Shown here: piece after piece, positions 17,848 through 25,463 of the stretch
How positions within the stretch are numbered: the first letter of the stretch is position 1
How the letters are laid out: each line of letters begins with the position of its first letter
IMG/VR virus record: IMGVR_UViG_3300025084_002866
Span: 2,308 to 66,307 of that record
Length of the DNA stretch: 64,000 nt
Strand: one strand, 5' to 3'
DNA from: a virus
Taxonomy: Duplodnaviria > Caudoviricetes
The notes under the pieces: model-generated
Databases searched by the model: none
The model's input: only the letters and a program-made list of their open reading frames with translations
What the model was told of the DNA's origin: nothing
Made by a program: the position numbers and the translations under genes

Positions 17848-18288
17848 ATGAAATGTAACCACAATATTCCACAAGCAAGATTAGATCTTGGTTATACTGA
17901 GTGTGTTGATTGCTCAACAGTAGAAAAACTCGGTTGTATCGATACTATTCATCACAAAACAGGCAATACTATTCAAGTAATGTCACGTGAAGATGCAGAC
18001 AAAGCTAGTAAGCTCACTCAAAGAGCAGGCTTTGGCATACTAAGATCTATGACTGGTGGTTCAAGTCAACGTAAATCTAAAATAATACATGGTTGCTCAA
18101 CTACTCAAATCGGTAGTCAAGAAATGTACGAGCGCATAGGTGAAACTTACATGAATTATTATGAAGTTGACAAAGAAATTGCAAAGCGCTTTCTCGATCG
18201 AGCGCTAGACAACGCAGAAGTATCTCAATTACAATACCAAAAGATACAAATGATTTGTCACAAACTAAATACGATCACTATTGGATAA
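17848..18288 (+). CDS. Zn-finger protein with TraR/DksA-like N-terminus
   Basis: C.HNIPQARLDLGYTECVDC resembles the C..IP..RL.....C..C finger, with the first Cys pair incomplete. Confidence 0.55.
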   Translation: MKCNHNIPQARLDLGYTECVDCSTVEKLGCIDTIHHKTGNTIQVMSREDADKASKLTQRAGFGILRSMTGGSSQRKSKIIHGCSTTQIGSQEMYERIGETYMNYYEVDKEIAKRFLDRALDNAEVSQLQYQKIQMICHKLNTITIG

Positions 18289-18289
18289 T
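18259..18289 (+). promoter_or_regulatory. Early repeat/promoter copy 6
   Basis: CACAAACTAAATACGA-TCACTATT-GGATAAT. Confidence 0.8.
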
Positions 18290-18304
18290 ATATATAAATA
18301 ATAT

Positions 18305-18463
18305 ATGAACAAAATAACAAAACAACTCGAAAACTTGTACTCTTGGACAAAATTCTATCAAGATCGAGGTAATAAAGAAGCAATTAGAAAGTGTCAAACT
18401 GAAATAGCCCAGTTGAAAATGGCTTTTAACCAACTAAAATCTAACAAAAATGGCAAAAAGTAG
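18305..18463 (+). CDS. Early hypothetical protein (52 aa)
   Basis: Read from sequence: MNKITKQLENLYSWTKFYQDRGNKEAIRKCQTEIAQLKMAFNQLKSNKNGKK. Confidence 0.6.
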   Translation: MNKITKQLENLYSWTKFYQDRGNKEAIRKCQTEIAQLKMAFNQLKSNKNGKK

Positions 18464-18818
18464 AACGCTAAACGAAATTAGGCAATCAAAAGAGTATCAA
18501 CAAGCTGTTGAACTAAGTGATCAAGGCGGTAAATACACTGTACCAAGTAAAGGCGCAGATCCTGTACCTGTTAAAAATCCTTTTGAACATGAAATGGTAG
18601 GTAAAGCTGTTGAAAATATAGTAGCAAAGCTAACATCTGGTGAAATATTTGATTTAATATTTCAAGCAGTTTCTGATGAAATGAGTGAACACTACGTGTT
18701 TGACTCATCAGAATACTTAACTGAAGCAGGTTTAGAGCTATTTGAAGATGAATGGTTTGAATTCTATCAAGAACACCATGGAGATATATTGTATCAAGTA
18801 ATGCAAAACTTAAAATAA
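18450..18818 (+). CDS. Early hypothetical protein, acidic C-terminal half
   Basis: 122-aa ORF. Confidence 0.65.
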   Translation: MAKSRTLNEIRQSKEYQQAVELSDQGGKYTVPSKGADPVPVKNPFEHEMVGKAVENIVAKLTSGEIFDLIFQAVSDEMSEHYVFDSSEYLTEAGLELFEDEWFEFYQEHHGDILYQVMQNLK

Positions 18819-19015
18819 TGAAGAAATTTAACGGAATGGAGTCAAAACTTATAATTGACGCGCTTAACTACTATGTAGCACAAGTAGAAGAAGATATATT
18901 AGAAGCAGCAAAAGATGGTAAAATATCAATATTTGCACCTGGTTTTTATACTAATGTATCAAAAGAGTTAATAGATAAAGTAAAATCTATGACTAAAAAA
19001 CAAATTACAAACTAA
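18818..19015 (+). CDS. Early hypothetical protein
   Basis: 65 aa; its TAA stop lies inside repeat copy 7. Confidence 0.65.
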   Translation: MKKFNGMESKLIIDALNYYVAQVEEDILEAAKDGKISIFAPGFYTNVSKELIDKVKSMTKKQITN

Positions 19016-19036
19016 ATACGAACACTATAGGATAAT
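19006..19036 (+). promoter_or_regulatory. Early repeat/promoter copy 7
   Basis: TACAAACTAAATACGA-ACACTATA-GGATAAT; ATG 7 nt after GATAAT. Confidence 0.8.
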
Positions 19037-19042
19037 ATAAAT

Positions 19043-19261
19043 ATGATATACGACGATTTAAAACCACATATCAAAGCCAAAATGAAAGAAAATGCTAAAG
19101 AGTATAAATCTATCAACTGGTTATTTGATAAACTAAAACAAAAAGACTATTACTCTGACTTAACTATCGAAGAAATAAGATCTATCTGTACATTTGGTGA
19201 TGTATGGTATCACGATCTTACTCAAAGAGACATTATATGGGGTGATTGGTTAACAAAATAA
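19043..19261 (+). CDS. Early hypothetical protein, possibly leaderless
   Basis: 72-aa ORF starting at the predicted +1 of repeat copy 7. Confidence 0.65.
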   Translation: MIYDDLKPHIKAKMKENAKEYKSINWLFDKLKQKDYYSDLTIEEIRSICTFGDVWYHDLTQRDIIWGDWLTK

Positions 19262-19267
19262 ATAAAT

Positions 19268-19618
19268 ATGAACGAAGAAAAACTAGCAATAGAAACATTA
19301 AAAGCACTAGGTGCTAAAGATACATCAAGTCCATCTCAAACAAAAAGAGGTACAACTTGCTTTACATTACCAACAGGTAGATGTATATCTGAACACAAGT
19401 CAGGTTACATAAGAGTAAATTTACTAAACAAAAAAGGCAGTATTTACACCTGTTATCAGCTAAATCCACAATATAAAACTCCTTATAAAATGATTTGGCA
19501 AGATGGTAAGCTACACGAAGGCACTCATAATAGAAGAATGCTAATTTATAACAGAGCTGAAAGACTAAAAAGACTTGTATTATATGCAATTAAAGATATA
19601 AATCAAGCAAATGGATAA
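19268..19618 (+). CDS. Early hypothetical protein (basic)
   Basis: 116-aa ORF. Confidence 0.65.
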   Translation: MNEEKLAIETLKALGAKDTSSPSQTKRGTTCFTLPTGRCISEHKSGYIRVNLLNKKGSIYTCYQLNPQYKTPYKMIWQDGKLHEGTHNRRMLIYNRAERLKRLVLYAIKDINQANG

Positions 19619-19721
19619 AGAAAAAAAAGAACAAATCACTGATACAGTGTGGTTTATAGTAGCCCTTCTCGCCATAGGGCTGCTACAAATCTTAGCAATA
19701 TATGGCGTATTTGTAAAATAA
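19611..19721 (+). CDS. Small membrane protein (36 aa)
   Basis: Read from sequence: MDKEKKEQITDTVWFIVALLAIGLLQILAIYGVFVK. Confidence 0.55.
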   Translation: MDKEKKEQITDTVWFIVALLAIGLLQILAIYGVFVK

Positions 19722-19729
19722 ACTAAATT

Positions 19730-20167
19730 ATGATACTAACTGAAGAAAAAATGATTAAAATAGCTAAGAAATCTCTTGGCTTAACACTAACCGAAGATTT
19801 TAACGGTGCAGACATCTACTGCTATAATGAATCTACTGTAGATGGCTATGATGTATTTGTATTAACTCACGACACTACAAATATAAATATATGTGAAAAT
19901 ATATATTACTATGACTCTGACCTAGCATCTGCTATCATGGAAGAAATACAATACAACGGTGGTAGCGAAACAGTATTACACATAGATAGTTATCTATGGG
20001 ATGACATCTACATGGATGATCAAATGCTTGAATATTTCGGTGAAACTATAGACAGCATTATTGAAGATAATGATGAAGAAGGTTATGGCTTAACACCAGC
20101 TGAAGTACAAGAATTAAAAGAAGAATATGGCTTAGATGCCGAAGAAATTGAAGAAACTGTTAGTTAG
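19730..20167 (+). CDS. Highly acidic early protein (DNA-mimic candidate)
   Basis: 37 Asp/Glu against 5 Lys and 0 Arg in 145 aa. Confidence 0.7.
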   Translation: MILTEEKMIKIAKKSLGLTLTEDFNGADIYCYNESTVDGYDVFVLTHDTTNINICENIYYYDSDLASAIMEEIQYNGGSETVLHIDSYLWDDIYMDDQMLEYFGETIDSIIEDNDEEGYGLTPAEVQELKEEYGLDAEEIEETVS

Positions 20168-20185
20168 TTAATAGTAGTTTAGTTT

Positions 20186-20273
20186 CCACGAATAACGTGA
20201 AAAGTGTTCAGCAAATGCTAGAAACTTATTCACATGTCACGCTCGTACTCACAAGGTACGGGCTTTTCGTGGT
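20186..20273 (+). ncRNA. Three-way-junction RNA/attenuator candidate, copy 2
   Basis: CCACGAA-TAA-[variable stem]-GCTCGTAC-loop-GTACGGGC-TTTTCGTGGT, then ATG at 20274. Confidence 0.6.
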
Positions 20274-20474
20274 ATGAGAACATTTGAAAAATATAAACAA
20301 AACCTAAGACAACATGGTAATGAGATATGGTCTTATTCTACTCATGTTGCAACTATAATATACGATAAAGACTACCATAAATCACACCTAAAACAACTTG
20401 GCTGGTGGTCTGTTACTACACAGAAACACATTAACTACGCTGCTAAAGAACTAAACTTAGAACTAGTTAAATAA
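20274..20474 (+). CDS. Hypothetical phage protein (WSYSTHVATI motif)
   Basis: 66 aa; SY.T.VA...G.WS.TT.KH pattern seen in small phage proteins. Confidence 0.65.
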   Translation: MRTFEKYKQNLRQHGNEIWSYSTHVATIIYDKDYHKSHLKQLGWWSVTTQKHINYAAKELNLELVK

Positions 20475-20475
20475 T

Positions 20476-20488
20476 TACAAACTAAATA
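20476..20488 (+). repeat. Truncated early repeat (5' half only)
   Basis: TACAAACTAAATA without CGA-N8-GGATAAT. Confidence 0.5.
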
Positions 20489-20500
20489 AAAATTATAACT

Positions 20501-20656
20501 ATGAAATACCTTTATCAAGAACTAGATGAGTTGTTGCAAGCGCTTAAATACTCAGATGAAGATGAGTTAGATGATCTACGTGATGATCTATACTTTGAAG
20601 ACATTTTAGAAATATGTAAAGAAATTACAGAATATATACCAGAAATTACAAACTAA
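20501..20656 (+). CDS. Small acidic protein (51 aa)
   Basis: Read from sequence: MKYLYQELDELLQALKYSDEDELDDLRDDLYFEDILEICKEITEYIPEITN; stop lies inside repeat copy 8. Confidence 0.65.
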   Translation: MKYLYQELDELLQALKYSDEDELDDLRDDLYFEDILEICKEITEYIPEITN

Positions 20657-20677
20657 ATACGATAACTAACGGATAAT
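20647..20677 (+). promoter_or_regulatory. Early repeat/promoter copy 8
   Basis: TACAAACTAAATACGA-TAACTAAC-GGATAAT; ATG 7 nt after GATAAT. Confidence 0.8.
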
Positions 20678-20683
20678 ATTAAT

Positions 20684-20989
20684 ATGACTGAAGACGAAAT
20701 ACAAAGATTAGCTGACTTAATATTCGATAGAATGATGGAGAAGCAAGAAAGACTAGATCAAGATTATTATGATCAAGTTAAAAAGCTACATGAAAATGGC
20801 TATGTAATCAGCGAAGCTAGTGATAGCTCAGGTTTAAACGACGAAGAAAAATTAGTCGGTGAACTAGCTAGATTACAAACTATGATGATGATACTAGAAG
20901 ATAAAGAAGAATACGAAAAAGCAGCAGTAATACAAAAGAAAATACAAGTAATAAATAAAAAACTAAATGACGGAACAGGAAAATATTAA
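20684..20989 (+). CDS. Hypothetical protein with C-terminal UVR-like coiled coil
   Basis: LEDKEEYEKAAVIQKKI resembles the UvrB/UvrC motif (E.YE.AA.I...I). Confidence 0.6.
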   Translation: MTEDEIQRLADLIFDRMMEKQERLDQDYYDQVKKLHENGYVISEASDSSGLNDEEKLVGELARLQTMMMILEDKEEYEKAAVIQKKIQVINKKLNDGTGKY

Positions 20990-21815
20990 AGCTATGCTAG
21001 CGCATAAATACAACGAAGATAAAGCAGATTACCCTGCACTTATACAACCAAAACTAGACGGCGTACGTTGTCTATTTACTGCAAAAGGCGCGTTCTCTCG
21101 TGCTAATAACCAGTTTATGAATGTAGAACACATTGAACAAGCTCTAAAGCCTTTCTTTGCAAAAAATCCTACAGCTATTCTTGACGGCGAACTGTACAAC
21201 CACGGACTAAAAGATGACTTTGAAAAGATTATATCTCTTGTTAAGAAAAGAAAACCAACAGATGCTGACAAAGCTGAAGCTAAAGAACTAGTGCAATACC
21301 ATATGTACGACGTAGCTAGTATGACAATAGCCACTTATGTAGACAGAAACTTGTTCTTGCTAGCTGAACCATCATTTATGAACAGCTCTATACTAGAAGT
21401 TACATCTACTAGATTAGCTATAGACTTTGACGACGCACAAAGATTTCATGCTAAAAACCTTAAATTAGGTTACGAAGGTTCTATATACAGAACACCATCT
21501 GGCAAGTATAAAGGTACAAGATCATGGGATCTTATGAAGTTTAAAGACTTTCACGATGCAGAAGCTACTATTATTGACTTTGTTCCAGGTAAAGGCAAGC
21601 GTGAAGGAACGTTAGGTAAATTTATTATGCAAGATGATGAAGGCGTAGAGTTCGGTTGTCCTCCTGGTAAAGGCTACGACTACGATGCTCTTGCTGAAAT
21701 GCTAGAAAATGCAGCACAATATGTAGGCCAACTAGCTACATTTACATACTTCGAGCGTACAAAAGCTGGAAGCTACAGACATCCACATTACAAATGCTTA
21801 CGTAACTATGAGTGA
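20967..21815 (+). CDS. ATP-dependent DNA ligase
   Basis: PKLDGVR (KxDG), LDGELY, EGSIYR, LMKFKD motifs and an OB domain. Confidence 0.93.
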   Translation: MTEQENIKAMLAHKYNEDKADYPALIQPKLDGVRCLFTAKGAFSRANNQFMNVEHIEQALKPFFAKNPTAILDGELYNHGLKDDFEKIISLVKKRKPTDADKAEAKELVQYHMYDVASMTIATYVDRNLFLLAEPSFMNSSILEVTSTRLAIDFDDAQRFHAKNLKLGYEGSIYRTPSGKYKGTRSWDLMKFKDFHDAEATIIDFVPGKGKREGTLGKFIMQDDEGVEFGCPPGKGYDYDALAEMLENAAQYVGQLATFTYFERTKAGSYRHPHYKCLRNYE

Positions 21816-21963
21816 TCCAATAAGCTATATGCCTTGGCTGAAGAAAAATGAATGGCAAAGCGATTTATATCACTGTGAAATGTGCAGTGAATTTATGACA
21901 GAAGAACATCACACTTTTTGTGATATATGCGACAAATGCAGAGACGAATACCCTGAATTATGA
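21808..21963 (+). CDS. Small Zn-finger protein (51 aa)
   Basis: Read from sequence: ...HCEMCSEFMTEEHHTFCDICDKC.... Confidence 0.65.
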   Translation: MSDPISYMPWLKKNEWQSDLYHCEMCSEFMTEEHHTFCDICDKCRDEYPEL

Positions 21964-22079
21964 GAAGATTAATATATGATATGTTTTATGCTGATGAGAT
22001 CAGTGAAGACGTTGCTTACAAACTAATTGATAAGCTAAATAAAATAAGAGATAAAACTAAATACAGCTGGGAACGATGA
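21960..22079 (+). CDS. Hypothetical protein (39 aa)
   Basis: MRRLIYDMFYADEISEDVAYKLIDKLNKIRDKTKYSWER; ATGA overlaps at both ends. Confidence 0.55.
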   Translation: MRRLIYDMFYADEISEDVAYKLIDKLNKIRDKTKYSWER

Positions 22080-22555
22080 ATATATTTTATTTACATAGAG
22101 ATCCAGTTGTAGCTGCTAAGGTACAATACAATAAACACGTTGTTAAAATGATCTTAGAATCAGCCCAAATGCTTTGTACAGCGCATCATCATTTCAATGA
22201 AAATGCAAATGTACCTTATAAAAAAGCTCATTACAATCACCCATCAACTAAATGGGTTAGAGAAAGTATAGATCATTACTTTTGGTTATATGATCATATG
22301 ATAGGGCTAGGTGAAGAATATACAAAAAGGTATAATAAAAAGCATTTAAGTATAACTAAATGTGAAGATGCTTTAAAAATAGAGCCATTTGGTATAGATT
22401 ATAATGGCTTTAAACAACCACCTCAGTGTATGCCTGATGAATTTAAAGATGAATGTAGTGTAAAAGCTTATTGGAACTATTATATAGGAGAAAAACATAA
22501 CGTAGCGAACAAAGATGAGAAAATTTATAAGCAAGCGCCGGTGCTTCCGGCATAA
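22076..22555 (+). CDS. Pyrimidine-dimer DNA glycosylase/endonuclease V-like protein
   Basis: MNIFYL.......A......KHVVKMILESAQMLCTAH...Y...H.NHPS..W...S motif. Confidence 0.75.
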   Translation: MNIFYLHRDPVVAAKVQYNKHVVKMILESAQMLCTAHHHFNENANVPYKKAHYNHPSTKWVRESIDHYFWLYDHMIGLGEEYTKRYNKKHLSITKCEDALKIEPFGIDYNGFKQPPQCMPDEFKDECSVKAYWNYYIGEKHNVANKDEKIYKQAPVLPA

Positions 22556-22688
22556 AAGATACGTAGCAAAAAGAATGGCTGAATTACAAATGGAAATATG
22601 TAATGAGGCAATTAAAACAGGTTACGTCGATGATACAAAAAGAGATAAATTATTAAAATACAAACAACATTATGAATATTTCAAATAG
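22515..22688 (+). CDS. Hypothetical protein (57 aa)
   Basis: Read from sequence: MRKFISKRRCFRHKRYVAKRMAELQMEICNEAIKTG.... Confidence 0.45.
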   Translation: MRKFISKRRCFRHKRYVAKRMAELQMEICNEAIKTGYVDDTKRDKLLKYKQHYEYFK

Positions 22689-22794
22689 AATTTTCAATTC
22701 TTTTCAAGAATACATCGAAGCAGAAGATATGGTCTTCAAAACATTGGAGGCTCAGATAAAAAGTGGGACATTAGGGTCTAAGGATATAGAGTAA
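22672..22794 (+). CDS. Hypothetical protein (40 aa)
   Basis: MNISNRIFNSFQEYIEAEDMVFKTLEAQIKSGTLGSKDIE. Confidence 0.45.
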   Translation: MNISNRIFNSFQEYIEAEDMVFKTLEAQIKSGTLGSKDIE

Positions 22795-22808
22795 GGGGCT
22801 AATGTCAC
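22759..22808. repeat. Inverted-repeat element, copy 2 (AAAAGTGGGACATTAG-N24-CTAATGTCAC)
   Basis: Matches the arms at 15296-15347; the right arm contains the ATG of the HTH gene at 22802. Confidence 0.7.
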
Positions 22809-23422
22809 ACCGTAACTTAACATATCTAAATAATAATAGGATAGTGTACCGTAAGTACTCTTCAGACAATCCAACAGCGAGTTACGACTGGGGTTGGTAT
22901 TATGCTGATGGTACTTATGGGTATTACTCATTGTTTAATACCAAGGCTAAAATTAATAGTTACAAGTCATTAAAATGGCATCTATTAACTTTATGGTATT
23001 TAAATCCTAAATTAACAATGGATGAGTTTAGAAATTTATCTGAGTATATATGTTATGAAAACAATTGCTTTATAACTTTCGAAGTTCCTGAACAGATATT
23101 AAACAATATGATTTATGAAGTCTATATGGAAGATCTTGATCAACCACCTAAAAATAGATTACGTAAAATAGTATTTAAAGATGGTACTGGTTTAAGTACT
23201 AGTGAGAAACTAAGTATTGTAGGTACTATAGCTGGTAAAGGTAAAAGTGTTAATGAAGACGATATTTACGATGCAATGCTATACACGCATGAGCAAGGTA
23301 AAATTACAATTAATAAATTAGCTAAGCTTTTAAATTGCACAGCTAGAACAATACATAGAAACATGGGTGAAGAACTTAAAAGAGAAAAAGAGTTATTAAA
23401 TAGACAACATGAAAAAATATAA
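22802..23422 (+). CDS. DNA-binding protein with C-terminal HTH (possible replication initiator or regulator)
   Basis: ITINKLAKLLNCTARTIHRNM is a helix-turn-helix. Confidence 0.65.
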   Translation: MSHRNLTYLNNNRIVYRKYSSDNPTASYDWGWYYADGTYGYYSLFNTKAKINSYKSLKWHLLTLWYLNPKLTMDEFRNLSEYICYENNCFITFEVPEQILNNMIYEVYMEDLDQPPKNRLRKIVFKDGTGLSTSEKLSIVGTIAGKGKSVNEDDIYDAMLYTHEQGKITINKLAKLLNCTARTIHRNMGEELKREKELLNRQHEKI

Positions 23423-24164
23423 TGTAAAAAACTACGTAAGGTACAAGGAAGATATTAAAATATCTATTGAGAATATAAAAAGTAAAAGATTTATTGATTA
23501 TACTCCAAGAGAACTTAAAATAATATTTTTACCTTTAGTAGAGAATATAGCTAGGAAGTTTGCAACTTCACAAGAAGCGTCGGGTGTTATGTCTATTAAT
23601 GATATAATACAAGAAGGTAGCTTACAACTTTGTAAAGCTGTAGATAAAATAGATAGAACAAGGTTAATAGAGTCTGAAGACATTGAAAAGACTTTAAAAT
23701 CTTTTTTAGCTAAAAGAATACGTGGTGGAATACGTAGAGAGATAGATAGAAACAGAGGTACAATGCGCATACCTGAACACAAGCTAAATGAAATGCGTAA
23801 AGATGGAGGTAAAGATAAAAAGATGGTTGCTATGTTTTTTAATAGCATATTCTTAAGTATCGATGCTAATCCATCAGATGAGAATATGGTTTATCAAATA
23901 CCTGATAAATCAGATCCTTACAATGAAATACTGCTTAATGCTTATATATTAAGTTTGTTAAACAAACATTTAACTTCTGATGAAGTATTTGTTTTAAACA
24001 AGAGCTATGGCCTTGATGGTAAGAAATGGTCTGCTAATGATATAGCAGCAGGTTTAGAGATTAAAGGTGTGTCTGCATACGTAAGAGTATCAGAGCTAAA
24101 AAAGCAAGCAGTAAACAAGTTAATAGATAATGTAGATCACTCGCAAGTGCTTGATTATCTGTAA
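23409..24164 (+). CDS. Phage RNA polymerase sigma-70-family factor
   Basis: Region 2 (LVENIARKF...DIIQEG..L.KAVDK.D...RIRGGI..EI....TMRIPEH) and region 4 (LT..E..VL..SYGL...VRVSELK..A..KL). Confidence 0.85.
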   Translation: MKKYNVKNYVRYKEDIKISIENIKSKRFIDYTPRELKIIFLPLVENIARKFATSQEASGVMSINDIIQEGSLQLCKAVDKIDRTRLIESEDIEKTLKSFLAKRIRGGIRREIDRNRGTMRIPEHKLNEMRKDGGKDKKMVAMFFNSIFLSIDANPSDENMVYQIPDKSDPYNEILLNAYILSLLNKHLTSDEVFVLNKSYGLDGKKWSANDIAAGLEIKGVSAYVRVSELKKQAVNKLIDNVDHSQVLDYL

Positions 24165-24177
24165 ATTAATAAATAAA

Positions 24178-24194
24178 TATGTAATTATATATAT
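24178..24194 (+). promoter_or_regulatory. Candidate middle promoter TATGTAATTATATATAT
   Basis: Between the sigma gene and the ERF gene; resembles motifs upstream of late genes. Confidence 0.3.
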
Positions 24195-24731
24195 ATGACA
24201 ATAAACCAAAAATTAACCAAAATTCAAACAGAGTTTAAATCAAAGAAATCAAGATTTAACTCTTTCGGCAAGTACTATTTCAGGTCTGCTGAAGACATCC
24301 TAGAAGCTACAAAACCCTTTTTAAAGGAGTTAGATGTAACTGTTACAGTTGATGAAGAACTAATATCTTTTGACCCTCCGGTGATGCAGGTAACTGCGTC
24401 TTTATCTGATGGTAAAAACGATATTAAATCTAGAGCTGTAGTTGGTGTTGATTTAGATCAGAAAGGTATGCAAATGCCACAAAGATATGGTGCAGCTAGT
24501 TCTTATGGTAAGAAATATGCACTAGGTAATTTGTTCTTGATTGATGATACTCAAGATTCAGATGCTACAAATACACACGGTAAAAAACAAACTATTACTG
24601 AAAAAGCGATTATATCAGCGCAACAATTATCTAAAGCTAAAGACTATGTTAAAAGCGGTGGTAAGTTAGACGCTATAAAATCTAAATATAGTTTAACAAA
24701 AGAGCAAGAGAAAGAATTAGCTACATTATGA
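24195..24731 (+). CDS. ERF-family ssDNA annealing protein
   Basis: FNSFGKYYFRSAEDIL..KP...Q..GAASSYGKKYALGNLFLIDD..D.DATN. Confidence 0.88.
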   Translation: MTINQKLTKIQTEFKSKKSRFNSFGKYYFRSAEDILEATKPFLKELDVTVTVDEELISFDPPVMQVTASLSDGKNDIKSRAVVGVDLDQKGMQMPQRYGAASSYGKKYALGNLFLIDDTQDSDATNTHGKKQTITEKAIISAQQLSKAKDYVKSGGKLDAIKSKYSLTKEQEKELATL

Positions 24732-25462
24732 AAGATACAAAAGAAATACTAGAGAAGCTGAAGAACGATGAGCATTATTATGGTGAGTTTGGCAGGAATT
24801 TTATATCTAATTCAGATATAAGAACACTGATGACTAATCCATTAGACTTTAAAAAGCCATCTGAACAGTTTCCTCATTTTCTTATAGGAGGCTATTTTCA
24901 TACTGCTATTCTTGAACCAGATAAGATCAAGAACTTTAAAATAGTAGAAGCTAGCTCACGTAATACGAAAGCTTATAAAGAAATAACTAATGGCGAAGTT
25001 TGCTTGTTACAACATGAAGTTGATAAAGTAGAAGCATTAGTTGAGAAGATGATGAATAATAAAGTTTGCAGAGATCTTATACACTCAGAAGGTAATGATT
25101 TCGAAGTACCAGGCGTCTGTGAAATGGCAGGCAACTGGTGGAAAGGTAAAGCTGATATTGTTAATCATAATGAAAAATTAGTTATTGATTTAAAGACAAC
25201 TGCAGACTTAGAGAAGTTTCATTGGTCAGCAAAGAAATATAACTACGATTCACAAGCTTTCGTATATAAGAACTTATTTGGCTATGATATGTTATTCATG
25301 GCTATAGATAAGAACACAGGTCAGATCGGTATCTATGACTGCTCAGACAACTTCTATCAGACAGGTTCTGATAAGGTTGAAAAAGCATCAGAAATATATG
25401 ATCTGTTCTTTAAAAATAAGGATTTCGATCCTAACAATTACTTCATAAATAAAACCCTATAA
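24728..25462 (+). CDS. PD-(D/E)XK exonuclease (RecE/exonuclease VIII-like)
   Basis: WKGKADIV...VIDLKTT...Y.YD.QA..Y motif; adjacent to ERF. Confidence 0.82.
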   Translation: MKDTKEILEKLKNDEHYYGEFGRNFISNSDIRTLMTNPLDFKKPSEQFPHFLIGGYFHTAILEPDKIKNFKIVEASSRNTKAYKEITNGEVCLLQHEVDKVEALVEKMMNNKVCRDLIHSEGNDFEVPGVCEMAGNWWKGKADIVNHNEKLVIDLKTTADLEKFHWSAKKYNYDSQAFVYKNLFGYDMLFMAIDKNTGQIGIYDCSDNFYQTGSDKVEKASEIYDLFFKNKDFDPNNYFINKTL

Positions 25463-25463
25463 A

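Noticed and set aside
15536-20677. CRISPR array
   Set aside because: Copies are 205-1641 nt apart and separated by protein-coding genes, have a variable internal N8, and no cas genes are present.
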